DNA of 64,000 bases from Actinomycetota bacterium. Its GTDB lineage: Bacteria > Actinomycetota > Actinomycetes > S36-B12. The notes below the pieces were generated by a model. The model was not told where the DNA came from, did not search any database, and saw nothing but the letters and a program-made list of their open reading frames with translations. The position numbers and the translations under genes are program-made. The stretch covers positions 2,828-66,827 of the forward strand of contig JAFMFD010000004.1 in assembly GCA_017856385.1 (NCBI GenBank), given 5' to 3'. Positions 24,879 through 37,635 of the stretch are shown in pieces. Numbering within the stretch: the first letter of the stretch is position 1; every line of letters begins with the position of its first letter.

Positions 24879-26813
24879 GTGCCGACCTCCGATCTGCTCA
24901 AGCGGCTCTTCGTCGGTCGCGCCCTGAGCAATGAGCGGCTAGGGGAGACGATGCTCCCCAAGCGGATCGCCCTGCCTGTCTTCGCCAGCGATGCTCTGTC
25001 GTCCAATGCCTATGCCACGCAGGAGATCCTCGTGGTGCTGTCACTCGGCGGCTTCTCGATGTACCAGTTCGGGCCCTGGGTGGCGCTGGCAGTCATCGTC
25101 GTCTTCTTCACCGTCATCGCCTCCTACCGCCAGACCGTCCACGCCTACCCGAATGGAGGCGGCGACTACGAGGTCGTCAGCACAAACCTCGGGCGCAACT
25201 GGGGGGTGTTCGTCGCCAGCTCGCTGCTGATCGACTACGTCCTCACGGTCGCGGTGTCCATCTCGGCCGCCGTGGCGAACCTCGGATCGATCATCCCGTT
25301 CGTCGAGAAGCACAACGTCTGGTTCGCGGTGGGACTGGTCGTACTGGTCATGATCATGAACCTGCGCGGGGTCAAGGAGTCCGGCGCGTTCTTCGCCATC
25401 CCGGTCTACCTGTTCATCGGATCGGTGTTCGCGATGATCGGCTGGGCGTTCGTCGAGATCCTCCTGTTCGGTCAGACCCTGCTCGCCGAGAGCGCAGGCT
25501 GGGAGGTCGTCGCGGAGGATGCGTTCGCCGGACTCGCTCTTGCGCTGCTGGTCGCGCGCGCCTTCTCGTCGGGCACGACGGCACTGACGGGCATCGAGGC
25601 CGTGGCGAACGGCGTCCCGGCATTCCGCGAGCCGAAGTCCCGGAATGCGGCGACGACTCTGGCACTGCTCGGCGTCATCTCCATGACGATGTTCGCGGGC
25701 ATCACCTGGCTCGCCCTGACCACGCAGGTCAAGGTCGCTGACTCCGACGAGTCGCTGCTGGGACTGCCTGCGGGCCAGGCGCAGAAGACCGTCATCGTGC
25801 AGGTGGCCGATGCTGTGTTCCATCGCTCGAGCCTCCCCGTCCTGGTCATCGCCATCGCGACCGCGACGATCCTCGCGCTGGCGGCGAACACGGCCTTCAC
25901 CGGATTCCCGGTGCTCGGCTCGGTCCTCGCGCGCGACGGATACCTGCCCCGGCAGCTGCACACGCGAGGAGATCGCCTCGCCTACAGCAATGGGATCATG
26001 GTGCTTGCGGCGATGGCGGTCCTGCTCATCGTCATCTTCCAGGCCGACGTCAGCAGCCTCATCCAGCTCTACATCATCGGTGTCTTTGTGTCCTTCACGC
26101 TGAGCCAGATCGGCATGGTGCGGCACTGGAACCGGCTCCTGCGTGATCCGGCCGGAGCGGGCGATCGTGGGCGGATGCTGCGATCTCGGGCGATCAACTC
26201 GTTTGGCCTGGTCATGACCGGCACCGTGCTCACGATCGTGCTCGTCACCAAGTTCACCAAGGGCGCCTGGATCGTGGTGGTGCTGATGCCATTGCTCTTC
26301 CTGCTCATGCGCGCGATCCATCGCCACTACGACAGGGTCCGCACGGAGGTCATGACCTTCGGCGACGCGAAGGTGACCCTTCCGGCGCGTGTCCACGTGA
26401 TCGTTCTGGTCAGCAAGCTCCACAAGCCGACCATCCGGGCACTGTCCTACGCACGTGCGTCGCGTCCCACGACGCTGGAGGCTGTGACCGTCGACGTCGA
26501 CCGCGACGAGACGCTCGCCCTCCAGCGCGAGTGGCAGCGGCAGGGCGTGCCTGTTCCGCTGAAGGTCCTCGCATCGCCCTACCGGGAGATCACCCGCCCG
26601 GTCCTGGACTACGTCCGGATGCTCCGGCAGGAGAGCCCGCAGGACCTCGTCACGATTTTCATCCCCGAGTACGTCGTCGGTCGCTGGTGGGAGCAGGTGC
26701 TGCACAACCAGTCCGCTCTGCGACTCAAGAGCCGCCTGCTGTTCATGCCGGGCGTCATGGTGACGAGCGTCCCGTGGCAGCTCGAGGACAGTCGCGACAA
26801 TGCCCGCGACTGA
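24879..26813 (+). CDS. APC-superfamily permease (amino-acid or cation transporter family)
   Basis: The 880-aa ORF is trimmed to GTG 24879 (VPTSDLLKRLFVGRALSNERLGETMLPKRIALPVFASDALSS). Many TM helices are followed by a cytoplasmic C-terminal domain. Confidence 0.8.
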   Translation: MPTSDLLKRLFVGRALSNERLGETMLPKRIALPVFASDALSSNAYATQEILVVLSLGGFSMYQFGPWVALAVIVVFFTVIASYRQTVHAYPNGGGDYEVVSTNLGRNWGVFVASSLLIDYVLTVAVSISAAVANLGSIIPFVEKHNVWFAVGLVVLVMIMNLRGVKESGAFFAIPVYLFIGSVFAMIGWAFVEILLFGQTLLAESAGWEVVAEDAFAGLALALLVARAFSSGTTALTGIEAVANGVPAFREPKSRNAATTLALLGVISMTMFAGITWLALTTQVKVADSDESLLGLPAGQAQKTVIVQVADAVFHRSSLPVLVIAIATATILALAANTAFTGFPVLGSVLARDGYLPRQLHTRGDRLAYSNGIMVLAAMAVLLIVIFQADVSSLIQLYIIGVFVSFTLSQIGMVRHWNRLLRDPAGAGDRGRMLRSRAINSFGLVMTGTVLTIVLVTKFTKGAWIVVVLMPLLFLLMRAIHRHYDRVRTEVMTFGDAKVTLPARVHVIVLVSKLHKPTIRALSYARASRPTTLEAVTVDVDRDETLALQREWQRQGVPVPLKVLASPYREITRPVLDYVRMLRQESPQDLVTIFIPEYVVGRWWEQVLHNQSALRLKSRLLFMPGVMVTSVPWQLEDSRDNARD

Positions 26814-27945
26814 GGCTGCATCCGATCTGCGGGTCGGCCAGGAGGTCGAGGTCGACGTGCTGCGGGTAGCCCATGGTGGCCACTGCATCGCCCACTTCGG
26901 CGGTCGGACGCTCTTCGTGCGTCACGCGCTGCCGGGCGAACGGGTCCTGGCCCGGATCACCCAGGTCTCGCGCAAGATCGTGCGTGCCGATGCGATCCGC
27001 GTCCTCTGGCCGTCGCCCTCGCGGGTCGAGGCCCCCTGCCGCTGGGCGGCCCCGGGGGCATGCGGTGGCTGCGATCTCCAGCACGTCCTCCCTGCGGCCC
27101 AGCGGGACTGGAAGACGGAGGTGCTCCGCAGCAGTCTCGCACGCTTCGCCGGCCTCGATCCCGAGCTGCCGCCGGTGGGCACGTGCTCGGTCGAGCAGCT
27201 CCCCGGAAGCGCGGACGGACTGCACTGGATGACCAGGGTGCGCTGGGCCACGGCGGCCGACGGCACTCGGGGACTGCGCGGCCACCGATCCCACGAGGTC
27301 GTGCCGGTCGACCACTGCCTGATCGCCGAGGAGCGGATCGACAGCCCGGACACCCACGCCGCGCCCACCACGGTGCGCCAGGTCCGCCATCGGCGATGGG
27401 AGGTACCGGCGCCCGTGTTCTGGCAGGTCCACCACGCACTGCCCGAGGCACTCGTGGGGGAGGTGCTCGACCAGGGCAGACCCGAGGCGGGGGAGACCTG
27501 GTGGGACCTCTTCTCCGGCGCGGGGCTGATGGCCGCATTCCTCGGCGAGGCAGTCGGAGCGGGAGGAGCCGTGGTGGCCGTGGAGTCCGATGCTGCCGCT
27601 GTCGGGTGCGGCGAGGAGGCCCTGGCGGACCTGCCGATGGTGCAGTTCGTGCGTGCGGACGTCGACGCGTGGATACACGACCGTCCGTCGGGCGATGCGA
27701 CGTCCGCCCCTGCCGGCATCGTCGTCGACCCCCCAAGGTCAGGCGCCGGCGAGGGGCTGATGTGTCGGCTCCTGGCAGTGCGGCCCTCCCGACTGGTGTA
27801 CGTCGCGTGTGACCCGGTGGCGCTCGCCCGCGATGCGCGCGTGGCCATGACCTGCGGCTACCGACTCGAGCGGCTCCGTGCATTCGACGCCTTCCCGATG
27901 ACGCACCACTTCGAGTCGGTCGCCCTCTTCGTGCCGGACTCCTGA
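26800..27945 (+). CDS. TRAM-domain class I SAM-dependent RNA (uracil-5) methyltransferase, TrmA/RlmD family
   Basis: N-terminal TRAM-like VGQEVEVDVLRVAHGGHCIA. A Cys cluster, CRWAAPGACGGCDLQH. Motifs DLFSGAG, VVDPPRSG and YVACDP. Confidence 0.8.
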   Translation: MPATEAASDLRVGQEVEVDVLRVAHGGHCIAHFGGRTLFVRHALPGERVLARITQVSRKIVRADAIRVLWPSPSRVEAPCRWAAPGACGGCDLQHVLPAAQRDWKTEVLRSSLARFAGLDPELPPVGTCSVEQLPGSADGLHWMTRVRWATAADGTRGLRGHRSHEVVPVDHCLIAEERIDSPDTHAAPTTVRQVRHRRWEVPAPVFWQVHHALPEALVGEVLDQGRPEAGETWWDLFSGAGLMAAFLGEAVGAGGAVVAVESDAAAVGCGEEALADLPMVQFVRADVDAWIHDRPSGDATSAPAGIVVDPPRSGAGEGLMCRLLAVRPSRLVYVACDPVALARDARVAMTCGYRLERLRAFDAFPMTHHFESVALFVPDS

Positions 27946-27971
27946 CCGGGGAACCCCTCTCGGCATGCGAT

Positions 27972-27987
27972 ATCTTGACGTCAAGAT
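27972..27987. promoter_or_regulatory. perfect 16-bp palindrome ATCTTGACGTCAAGAT upstream of acn (candidate operator; contains a TTGACG -35-like hexamer)
   Basis: Read directly at 27972-27987, ending 24 nt upstream of the acn GTG at 28012. It lies within a locally AT-rich patch. Confidence 0.45.
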
Positions 27988-28011
27988 TGTTTTGCGGACG
28001 AAGGGATCCTC

Positions 28012-30669
<2,658 letters not shown>

Positions 30670-30676
30670 CCGGCGA

Positions 30677-31030
30677 ATGGCCGCTGCCCCCGCCGGCTGG
30701 CCGCGCGACCTGCCGCCACCTGGGACACCCGAGTTCGATGAGCGGGTGACGAGTTGGCTCCTCGACCGGGGTCCAGAGGGGCTGCGCACGAGTGATCTGC
30801 GGCACCTGCCGCATGCGTTGGCGCGCGTCGTGGACCATTTCGTGGCCGGAGCCCTCCAGGGCATGCGCCAGGCGTACGCCACCGCACGCGGCGACCTGGC
30901 GGACACGGTCGAGCCCGACGAGCTCACGCGCGTGCTCGTCGCCCTCGAGGCTGAGGGAGCCCGGCTCCTCCAGGTGCAGCGGGAGGTCCGGATCGTCGGA
31001 CGCCACGTGGCTGCCGGCCGGTCCTCCTGA
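30677..31030 (+). CDS. hypothetical protein (117 aa)
   Basis: An ORF with coding-like composition between acn and dxs. I recognise no motif. Confidence 0.4.
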   Translation: MAAAPAGWPRDLPPPGTPEFDERVTSWLLDRGPEGLRTSDLRHLPHALARVVDHFVAGALQGMRQAYATARGDLADTVEPDELTRVLVALEAEGARLLQVQREVRIVGRHVAAGRSS

Positions 31031-31066
31031 TCGGCGGGGCGCCCGCCCATCACCTACGATCTGCGA

Positions 31067-33019
31067 GTGCCTCTCCTCGACAGGATCCGCGACCCTCGCG
31101 ACCTTCGCGCCGTGGCCCCCGAGGACCTGCCGGCCCTGGCTGAGGAGATCCGTGCCTTCCTCGTCGATCGGGTCTGCGCCACCGGTGGCCACCTGGGGCC
31201 GAACCTCGGTGTCGTTGAGCTGACCATCGCCCTGCATCGGGTCTTCGTGTCCCCGGACGACCTGATCCTGTGGGACACCGGGCATCAGGCCTACGTCCAC
31301 AAGATGCTCACGGGGCGGTCGGAGGGATTCACCCGCCTCCGACAGCGCGGCGGGCTCTCCGGCTACCCGAGCCGTGCAGAGAGCATCCATGACGTGATCG
31401 AGAACTCGCACGCCTCGACAGCGCTGTCCTACGCCGACGGCATCGCCAAGGCCTGGCAGGTCACCGGCGACCTCGACCGCAGGCACGTGGTCGCCGTCGT
31501 CGGTGACGGAGCTCTGACCGGGGGCATGGCCTGGGAGGCACTCAACAACATCGCCGCCTCGGAGCGGCCCGTCGTGATCGTCGTGAACGACAATGCGCGC
31601 TCGTACGCCCCGACGATCGGCGGCCTCGCCCACCACCTGGCAACGTTGCGCACCACCCGCGGGTACGAGCGCGTCATGGACTGGGGGAAGCGCGTGCTGC
31701 ACCGCACGCCCGTGGTGGGTGATCCCCTCTACGGCGCGTTGCACGGCATGAAGAAGGGCATGAAGGACATCGTCGCCCCGCAGGGGCTTTTCGAGGATCT
31801 CGGCCTGAAGTACATCGGGCCCGTCGACGGTCATGACGAGGCCGAGCTGGAATTCGCGCTGAGCCGCGCCCGCGACTTCGACGGACCAGTGATCGTGCAT
31901 GCGATCACGCACAAGGGCCATGGCTACGCACCCGCGGAGAGCGACCTCGCCGATCACTTCCACGGGGTGGGCGTGATCGATCCGGACACAGGCCGTCCGG
32001 TCACGCAGACTGGCCCGACGTGGACTTCGGCGCTCTCCGACGAGCTCGTTCGCCTTGGCAGGGAGCGGGAGGACATCGTCGCGATCACCGCGGCCATGCT
32101 CGGACCCACCGGCCTTGATCGTTTCAGCCGGGAGTTCCCCGAGAGGACGTTCGACGTCGGCATCGCCGAGCAGCACGCGGCGACCAGCGCTGCGGGCCTC
32201 GCCTACGCCGGCATGCATCCCGTGGTGGCCGTCTACGCGACGTTCCTCAACCGCGCCTTCGACCAGGTCCTCCTCGACTGTGCGCTGCACAGGGCCGGGG
32301 TGACGTTCGTTCTCGACCGTGCGGGTGTCACGGGTGACGACGGCGCGTCGCACAACGGCGTCTGGGACCTGGCCATGCTCCAGGTGGTACCGCACCTGCG
32401 CATCGCCGCGCCCCGCGACGAGGCCACGCTCCGGTCCCTCCTCCGGGCTGCTGTTGCGGTCGCGGACGCACCGACCGTGGTCCGCTTCCCGAAGGGAGCC
32501 CTCGGACCGGCTATCCCAGCCTTGCGCAGCGAACTCGGCTATGACGTGATCGCGGAGACCGGCGATCCCGACGTGCTGCTCGTGTCCGTCGGCAGCATGG
32601 CCACGCTCGCCGTCGACGTCGCCGCGCGCCTGCAGGCCCAGGGCATCGGCGTGCTGGCCGTGGATCCGGGCTGGGTCAAGCCGGTGCACCCGGAGCTCGT
32701 CCGGCTCGCCCGTGGGCATCGACTCGTGGTCGTCGTCGAGGACGGGGCGCGTGTCGGAGGTGTGGGCTCCGCCGTCGGCATGGCGCTGCAGGATGCCGGC
32801 GTGGACGTCCCGGTGCGTTGCCTTGGGCTGCCTGACCGGTTCCTCGACCAGGGCAAGAGGTCAGAGGTGCTGGCCGAGGCCGGCCTGACCTCCCAGGACA
32901 TCTCCCGCAGCGTGGTGGAGACCATGGCGCAGCTCGCCGAGACCGACCGCACGGACGCCGACCGCACGGAGGCTGACGGACTGATCGCCGGCCCGCGCCT
33001 CCAGCCGCCGACCCCCTAG
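31067..33019 (+). CDS. dxs: 1-deoxy-D-xylulose-5-phosphate synthase
   Basis: Motifs [50 protein letters not shown] and DGASHNG. Confidence 0.95.
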   Translation: MPLLDRIRDPRDLRAVAPEDLPALAEEIRAFLVDRVCATGGHLGPNLGVVELTIALHRVFVSPDDLILWDTGHQAYVHKMLTGRSEGFTRLRQRGGLSGYPSRAESIHDVIENSHASTALSYADGIAKAWQVTGDLDRRHVVAVVGDGALTGGMAWEALNNIAASERPVVIVVNDNARSYAPTIGGLAHHLATLRTTRGYERVMDWGKRVLHRTPVVGDPLYGALHGMKKGMKDIVAPQGLFEDLGLKYIGPVDGHDEAELEFALSRARDFDGPVIVHAITHKGHGYAPAESDLADHFHGVGVIDPDTGRPVTQTGPTWTSALSDELVRLGREREDIVAITAAMLGPTGLDRFSREFPERTFDVGIAEQHAATSAAGLAYAGMHPVVAVYATFLNRAFDQVLLDCALHRAGVTFVLDRAGVTGDDGASHNGVWDLAMLQVVPHLRIAAPRDEATLRSLLRAAVAVADAPTVVRFPKGALGPAIPALRSELGYDVIAETGDPDVLLVSVGSMATLAVDVAARLQAQGIGVLAVDPGWVKPVHPELVRLARGHRLVVVVEDGARVGGVGSAVGMALQDAGVDVPVRCLGLPDRFLDQGKRSEVLAEAGLTSQDISRSVVETMAQLAETDRTDADRTEADGLIAGPRLQPPTP

Positions 33020-35121
33020 GCGGGCACGGACGCGACGCCCGGGGCCAGGAACCGGCCCACTGCGTCGGAGGCACCTGAACGGTCGAGGTACGGCGTCAGC
33101 CCGCCGAGCCAGAACGGCCAGCCCGCGCCCATGATCATGCACAGGTCGATGTCCTGCGGCTCCGCCACCACGGACTCGTCAAGCATCCGGCGTGCCTCGT
33201 CGGCGAGGGCGAGGGACACGCGCTGAAGGAGCTGCTCGGCCGTGGACGGCGAGTCGCCCTGCACGAGCAGTTCGGCGAATCGGGGATCGATCACCTTCGT
33301 GCCGTCGTCGGCCTTGGTCCAGATCGCGGTCACCCCGGCCTCGACGATGCGGCGGAGGTTGTCCGAGACTCCGAAGCGGTCGGGAAAGGCCGCATGCATG
33401 GTCTCGGATACGTGCAGGGCCACGCCCGGACCCACCAGGGCGAGCAGGTCCAGCGGCGCCATGGGCAGGCCGAGCAACTGGCTCGCACGATCGGCCACCT
33501 GTGGGGGAGTGCCCTCATCGACGGCGGCCAGCACCTCGTTCAGGTACCGCGTGAGCAGCCGGTTGACGACGAATGCGGGGGCGTCCTTGACCAGGACGCA
33601 GGTCTTCTTCAGCTGCTTGCCGACCGCGAATGCTGTGGCGACGGTGGGGTCGTCGGTCCGCTCGGCCCGCGCGATCTCCAGCAGCGGCATCACGGCGACG
33701 GGGTTGAAGAAGTGGAAGCCCACCACGCGCTCGGGATGTGCCAGGTGCTCGGACATCGCGGTGACGGACAGAGATGACGTGTTGGTCGCCAGGATGCACT
33801 CGGATGTCACGACCTGCTCGAGCGACGCGAAGACCTGACGCTTGACCTCCAGCTCCTCGAAGACCGCCTCGATCACGAAGTCCGCGTCGGCGAAGACGGA
33901 GGTGTCGGTCGATCCGGTGACGAGGGCACGAAGCCGGTTCGCCCGATCCGTCGACATCCGGCCCTTGTCGACGTCGGCCTGGATCTGTGCACGCACGTAG
34001 TCCAGTCCCTTCGTCACGCGCGCATCGTCGAGGTCGGTCATCACGACCGGCACGAGCAGCCGCTTCGCGAAGAGCAGCGCGAGCTGGCTGGCCATGAGGC
34101 CGGCGCCCACGATCCCGACCTTGGCGACCTTGCGGGCGAGAGCGGGGTCGGGTACGCCGACGGGCTTCTTCGCCCGCCGCTGGACCAGGTCGAACGCGTA
34201 GAGGGAGGCCCGAAGGTCTTCACCCATGACGAGGTCGGCCAGCGCCTCGTCCTCGGCGGCGAAACCCTCGGTTCGCGTCGATGTCCGCGCGGCGCGCACG
34301 AGTTCCAGTGCGCGATAGGGGGCGGGAGTGGCCCCGTGGACACGGTCATCGAGCATGGCGGTCGCGAAGTCCACCACGCCATCCCACGAGTCACGGTCGA
34401 CCGGCGCCCGCTCGACGGCGATGGTCCCGGTCAGCACGCCTGCCGTCCAGCGAATCGACTCCTCGAGGAAGTCGGCGGAATCGAGCACGACATCGACGAC
34501 ACCGAGCCGCAGCGCATCCGCGGGCCTGAGCTGGCGGTTCTGCTGAAGGGGATTGGCCACGATGACCTCGAGGGCATTGGCCGGCCCGATCAGGTTGGGC
34601 AGCAGCCATGAGCCGCCCCAGCCCGGGACCAGGCCGAGGAAGACCTCCGGCAGGGACATCGCGGCAGCGGCAGATGACATCGTGCGATACGTGCAGTTGA
34701 GGGCGAGCTCGGTGCCGCCGCCCATGGCGGCCCCGTTGACGAACGCAAAGGTCGGGACACCGAGCTCCGAGAGTCGTCCGAACACGCGGTGACCGAGTCG
34801 ACCGAACTCCTCGATCACCGCGCGGTCGCGCACGAGCCCGATGGCCGAGAGATCAGCACCCACCGCGAAGAAGAACGGCTTTCCGGTCACGGCCACGGCG
34901 GCGATGTCGCCCATGGCACTGACGGCATCGATGGCGGCGTCAAGCGAGGCGAGACCACCCGGGCCGAAGGTCGTTGGTCGTGTGTGGTCCCGGTCGTTGT
35001 CCAGGGTGATCAGAGCGAGGGTGCCCGCCCCCGCGGGCATCTCGACCCGGCGCACGCGGGCGTGGGTCACGACCTCGTCGTGGCTGCCCTGCTGGTCCTG
35101 CTCCCGCGTCGTGGCGCTCAT
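33016..35121 (-). CDS. fadB: bifunctional enoyl-CoA hydratase / 3-hydroxyacyl-CoA dehydrogenase
   Basis: The 1007-aa ORF is trimmed to ATG 35121 ([10 protein letters not shown]..., ATGA overlap with the fadA stop). Crotonase part FFFAVGADL. Dehydrogenase part [14 protein letters not shown] and FHFFNPV. Confidence 0.9.
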   Translation of the reverse strand: MSATTREQDQQGSHDEVVTHARVRRVEMPAGAGTLALITLDNDRDHTRPTTFGPGGLASLDAAIDAVSAMGDIAAVAVTGKPFFFAVGADLSAIGLVRDRAVIEEFGRLGHRVFGRLSELGVPTFAFVNGAAMGGGTELALNCTYRTMSSAAAAMSLPEVFLGLVPGWGGSWLLPNLIGPANALEVIVANPLQQNRQLRPADALRLGVVDVVLDSADFLEESIRWTAGVLTGTIAVERAPVDRDSWDGVVDFATAMLDDRVHGATPAPYRALELVRAARTSTRTEGFAAEDEALADLVMGEDLRASLYAFDLVQRRAKKPVGVPDPALARKVAKVGIVGAGLMASQLALLFAKRLLVPVVMTDLDDARVTKGLDYVRAQIQADVDKGRMSTDRANRLRALVTGSTDTSVFADADFVIEAVFEELEVKRQVFASLEQVVTSECILATNTSSLSVTAMSEHLAHPERVVGFHFFNPVAVMPLLEIARAERTDDPTVATAFAVGKQLKKTCVLVKDAPAFVVNRLLTRYLNEVLAAVDEGTPPQVADRASQLLGLPMAPLDLLALVGPGVALHVSETMHAAFPDRFGVSDNLRRIVEAGVTAIWTKADDGTKVIDPRFAELLVQGDSPSTAEQLLQRVSLALADEARRMLDESVVAEPQDIDLCMIMGAGWPFWLGGLTPYLDRSGASDAVGRFLAPGVASVPA

Positions 35122-36317
35122 GCCGCACTCTCCGTGTGACCGATGTTCTCCCAGATGACCGTCCCGCCCATGCCCAGACCGATGCACATGGTGGTGAGCC
35201 CATAGCGGGCGGATGGCGTGCGCTCGAAATCCCTCATGAGGTTGCCCATCAGCCTGATCCCACTGGAGGCGAGGGGATGGCCCACGGCGATCGCGCCGCC
35301 CATGGGGTTCACCCTTGGGTCGTCGTCCGGTATCCCGAAGTGGTCGAGGAATGCGAGCACCTGCACAGCGAAGGCCTCGTTGATCTCGAAGAGGTCGATG
35401 TCCCCGATCGTCAGGCCCGCACTCTCGAGCGCCTTCTGCGTGCTGGGCACCGGGCCGACGCCCATGACCTCCGGCTCGACGCCGGCGAAGGCGAACGACA
35501 CCATTCGCATGCGCTTGGCCAGGCCGAGTTCGTCGGCCATCTCCTCCGATGCGAGCAGCGCGGCCGTGGCGCCATCGGTGAGCCCGGACGAGTTGCCCGC
35601 GGTGACCCGACCGTGCGGTCTGAACGGAGTCTTGAGCGACGCGAGCCCCTCGAGCGTGGTCTCGGGCCGCATGGCCTCGTCGGCGGTGAGCAGGCCCCAC
35701 CCGTGCTCTGCTGAACGGGCCGCGACAGGGACGAGATCGGGCTGGATCCAACCCTCTGCGTACGCGTGCGCCGTCTTCGTCTGCGAACCGAGGGCGTAGG
35801 CATCGGCGCGCTGCTTGGTGAGCTGGGGGAACCGGTCGTGCAGGTTCTCGGCCGTGGCGCCCATGATCAGCGCGTCGGTGTCGACGAGCCGCTCGGCGAG
35901 GAAGCGCGGATTGGGGTCCATGCCCTGGCCCATGGGATGACGCGACATGCTCTCGACGCCACCGGCCAGGGCGACATCGTAGGCGCCGGCCATGATCCCC
36001 GAGGACAGCGTCGTCACCGCGGTCATCGCGCCGGCGCACATGCGGTCGATCGAGTAGCCGGGCACCGACCTGGGGATCCCGGCCAGCAGTGGGGCGGAGC
36101 GTCCGAGGGTCATGCCCTGGTCGCCGGTCTGGGTTGCCGCGGCGACTGCGATGTCGTCGATCCGCTCGGGCGGCAGCTGAGGATTGCGCCTGAGGATCTC
36201 GCGGAAGATGCGCACGACGAGGTCGTCGGCCCTGGTCTCGGCCAGTGCGCTCCCCGCTCGACCGAAGGGTGTGCGGACAGCGTCGACGAGCACGACGTCG
36301 CGGAGCATGCGGGACAC
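35118..36317 (-). CDS. fadA: acetyl-CoA C-acyltransferase (thiolase)
   Basis: Motifs RMCAGAMTA (active-site Cys), NEAFAVQ, GGAIAVGHPLASSG and CIGLGMG. Confidence 0.9.
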   Translation of the reverse strand: MSRMLRDVVLVDAVRTPFGRAGSALAETRADDLVVRIFREILRRNPQLPPERIDDIAVAAATQTGDQGMTLGRSAPLLAGIPRSVPGYSIDRMCAGAMTAVTTLSSGIMAGAYDVALAGGVESMSRHPMGQGMDPNPRFLAERLVDTDALIMGATAENLHDRFPQLTKQRADAYALGSQTKTAHAYAEGWIQPDLVPVAARSAEHGWGLLTADEAMRPETTLEGLASLKTPFRPHGRVTAGNSSGLTDGATAALLASEEMADELGLAKRMRMVSFAFAGVEPEVMGVGPVPSTQKALESAGLTIGDIDLFEINEAFAVQVLAFLDHFGIPDDDPRVNPMGGAIAVGHPLASSGIRLMGNLMRDFERTPSARYGLTTMCIGLGMGGTVIWENIGHTESAA

Positions 36318-36344
36318 GATGGGACCTCTCGCCGGGGACGGTTA

Positions 36345-36372
36345 CCGGATATTACCCGTCAGTAACTTCCGG
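36345..36372. promoter_or_regulatory. imperfect inverted repeat CCGGAtaTTAC-N6-GTAActTCCGG upstream of fadA (candidate TetR/FadR-type operator)
   Basis: Arms at 36345-36355 and 36362-36372 match at 9 of 11 positions. The locally AT-rich site lies 28-55 nt upstream of the fadA start (36317, minus strand). Confidence 0.3.
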
Positions 36373-36375
36373 CCG

Positions 36376-37635
36376 CTACCGCTCGGCTGGAGGTTCGGGC
36401 GCGCAGGCAGCTACCAGGTCCGGCAGTACCAGTTCCACCTGCCACGCCCGTGCTCCACCGTCGAGCAGGGCCTGCTCGATCATCGCCTCGTCCGCCGGCA
36501 CAGGGGGTTCCCAGCAGATGCGCCGGACCAGGTCGGGGGCGAGCAGGTTCTCGACGGGCATGCCGACGGCCTCGGCCTTGTGGGCCAGCGCCTCGCGGGC
36601 GGCGACGAGCCGACGATGGGCCGCCGGCTGGCGCTCTGCCCAGGCGCGCGGAGGCGGGGGCCCCTCGCCCCGGGTGGCGCGTGCGGGCAGCTGGTCATCC
36701 GGCAGGTGCCGTGCCCGGTCGTAGGCGGCCCACCACTGCCGTGCATACCGCTGCGCTCCGCGGCCGTGGAATCCGTCGACGGCGAGGAGTTCGGCCATCG
36801 TCCCAGCGCTGGCGAGCGCAGCGGCGATGATGGCGGAGTCCGGCAGCAGGCGGCCGACAGCGACATCGCGCTCGGCGGCGATCGCATCACGCTGGCCCCA
36901 CAACTCTCGCACTATCGCAAGGCCACGGGGACTGCGCACCCGGTGCAGTGAGGAGGTGCGACGCCAGTCCTCCGCAGTCCGCGGTCGAGGTGTGAACGCC
37001 AGGAGCGCCGTGAACTCCTGCCTCGCGTAGTCAACCTTGCCCGCCTCCTGCAGTGAGGCCTCAAGGCTGTTGCGCAGCTCGACCAGCAGCTCGACGTCCA
37101 AGGTCGCGTAGCGCAGCTGCGCGTCGGACAGCGGTCGCTGCGACCAGTCGGTGGCACCGTGCCCCTTCTCCAGGTGGGCACCCAGCTCTGACATCACGAG
37201 CGCAGAGAGGCTGACCCGTTCGCGCCCTAGCAGGCGACCGGCCAGCTCGGTGTCGAACAGGGCCTGCGGGTGGAGGCCGAGCTCGGCCAGGCACGGCAGG
37301 TCCTGCGTCGCTGCGTGCAGGATCCACTCGGGCCCCGACAGCACCTCGGCAAGAAGCGCAAGGTCCGGCACGGCGATCGGGTCGATGAGGCCGCTGCCCG
37401 AGCCCTCGCGGCGCACCTGGATCAGGTAGGCCCGCTGGCTGTAGCGGAAGCCCGAGGCACGCTCCGCGTCGATGGCCACCGGCCCATGCCCGGCGCGCAG
37501 GCGCCGGCAGAACTCGTTCAAGGCAGCGGCGTCGGCGATGAGGTCGGGGACACCGTCGCGGGGCTCGAGCGGTGGAGGCAGGTCGACGGCGGCGGGCTGC
37601 CCGTCGGCGGGCTGGTCGTCGGCGGGCGCGGTCAA
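36376..37635 (-). CDS. rnd: ribonuclease D-like 3'-5' exonuclease with HRDC domain
   Basis: The 505-aa ORF is trimmed to TTG 37635 (TTGA overlap with the upstream stop). Motifs VAIDAERASGFRY, AYLIQVRR, WILHAATQDL and YATLDVE form the DEDD pattern. Confidence 0.7.
   Translation of the reverse strand: MTAPADDQPADGQPAAVDLPPPLEPRDGVPDLIADAAALNEFCRRLRAGHGPVAIDAERASGFRYSQRAYLIQVRREGSGSGLIDPIAVPDLALLAEVLSGPEWILHAATQDLPCLAELGLHPQALFDTELAGRLLGRERVSLSALVMSELGAHLEKGHGATDWSQRPLSDAQLRYATLDVELLVELRNSLEASLQEAGKVDYARQEFTALLAFTPRPRTAEDWRRTSSLHRVRSPRGLAIVRELWGQRDAIAAERDVAVGRLLPDSAIIAAALASAGTMAELLAVDGFHGRGAQRYARQWWAAYDRARHLPDDQLPARATRGEGPPPPRAWAERQPAAHRRLVAAREALAHKAEAVGMPVENLLAPDLVRRICWEPPVPADEAMIEQALLDGGARAWQVELVLPDLVAACAPEPPAER

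Noticed and set aside
25041-26888. 615-aa minus ORF antisense to the APC permease. The analogous long antisense ORFs at 30578..32719, 57804..59546 and 61794..63944 were treated the same way.
   Set aside because: All four lie opposite strongly recognised genes (permease, dxs, metH, arc). All have low-complexity, charged, Arg/Asp/Gly-rich translations without motifs. They are high-GC shadow ORFs.
35122-36039. N-terminal extension of the 1007-aa ORF containing fadB
   Set aside because: It overlaps the thiolase gene in another frame. The fadB homology begins at ATG 35121, which forms an ATGA junction with the fadA stop.
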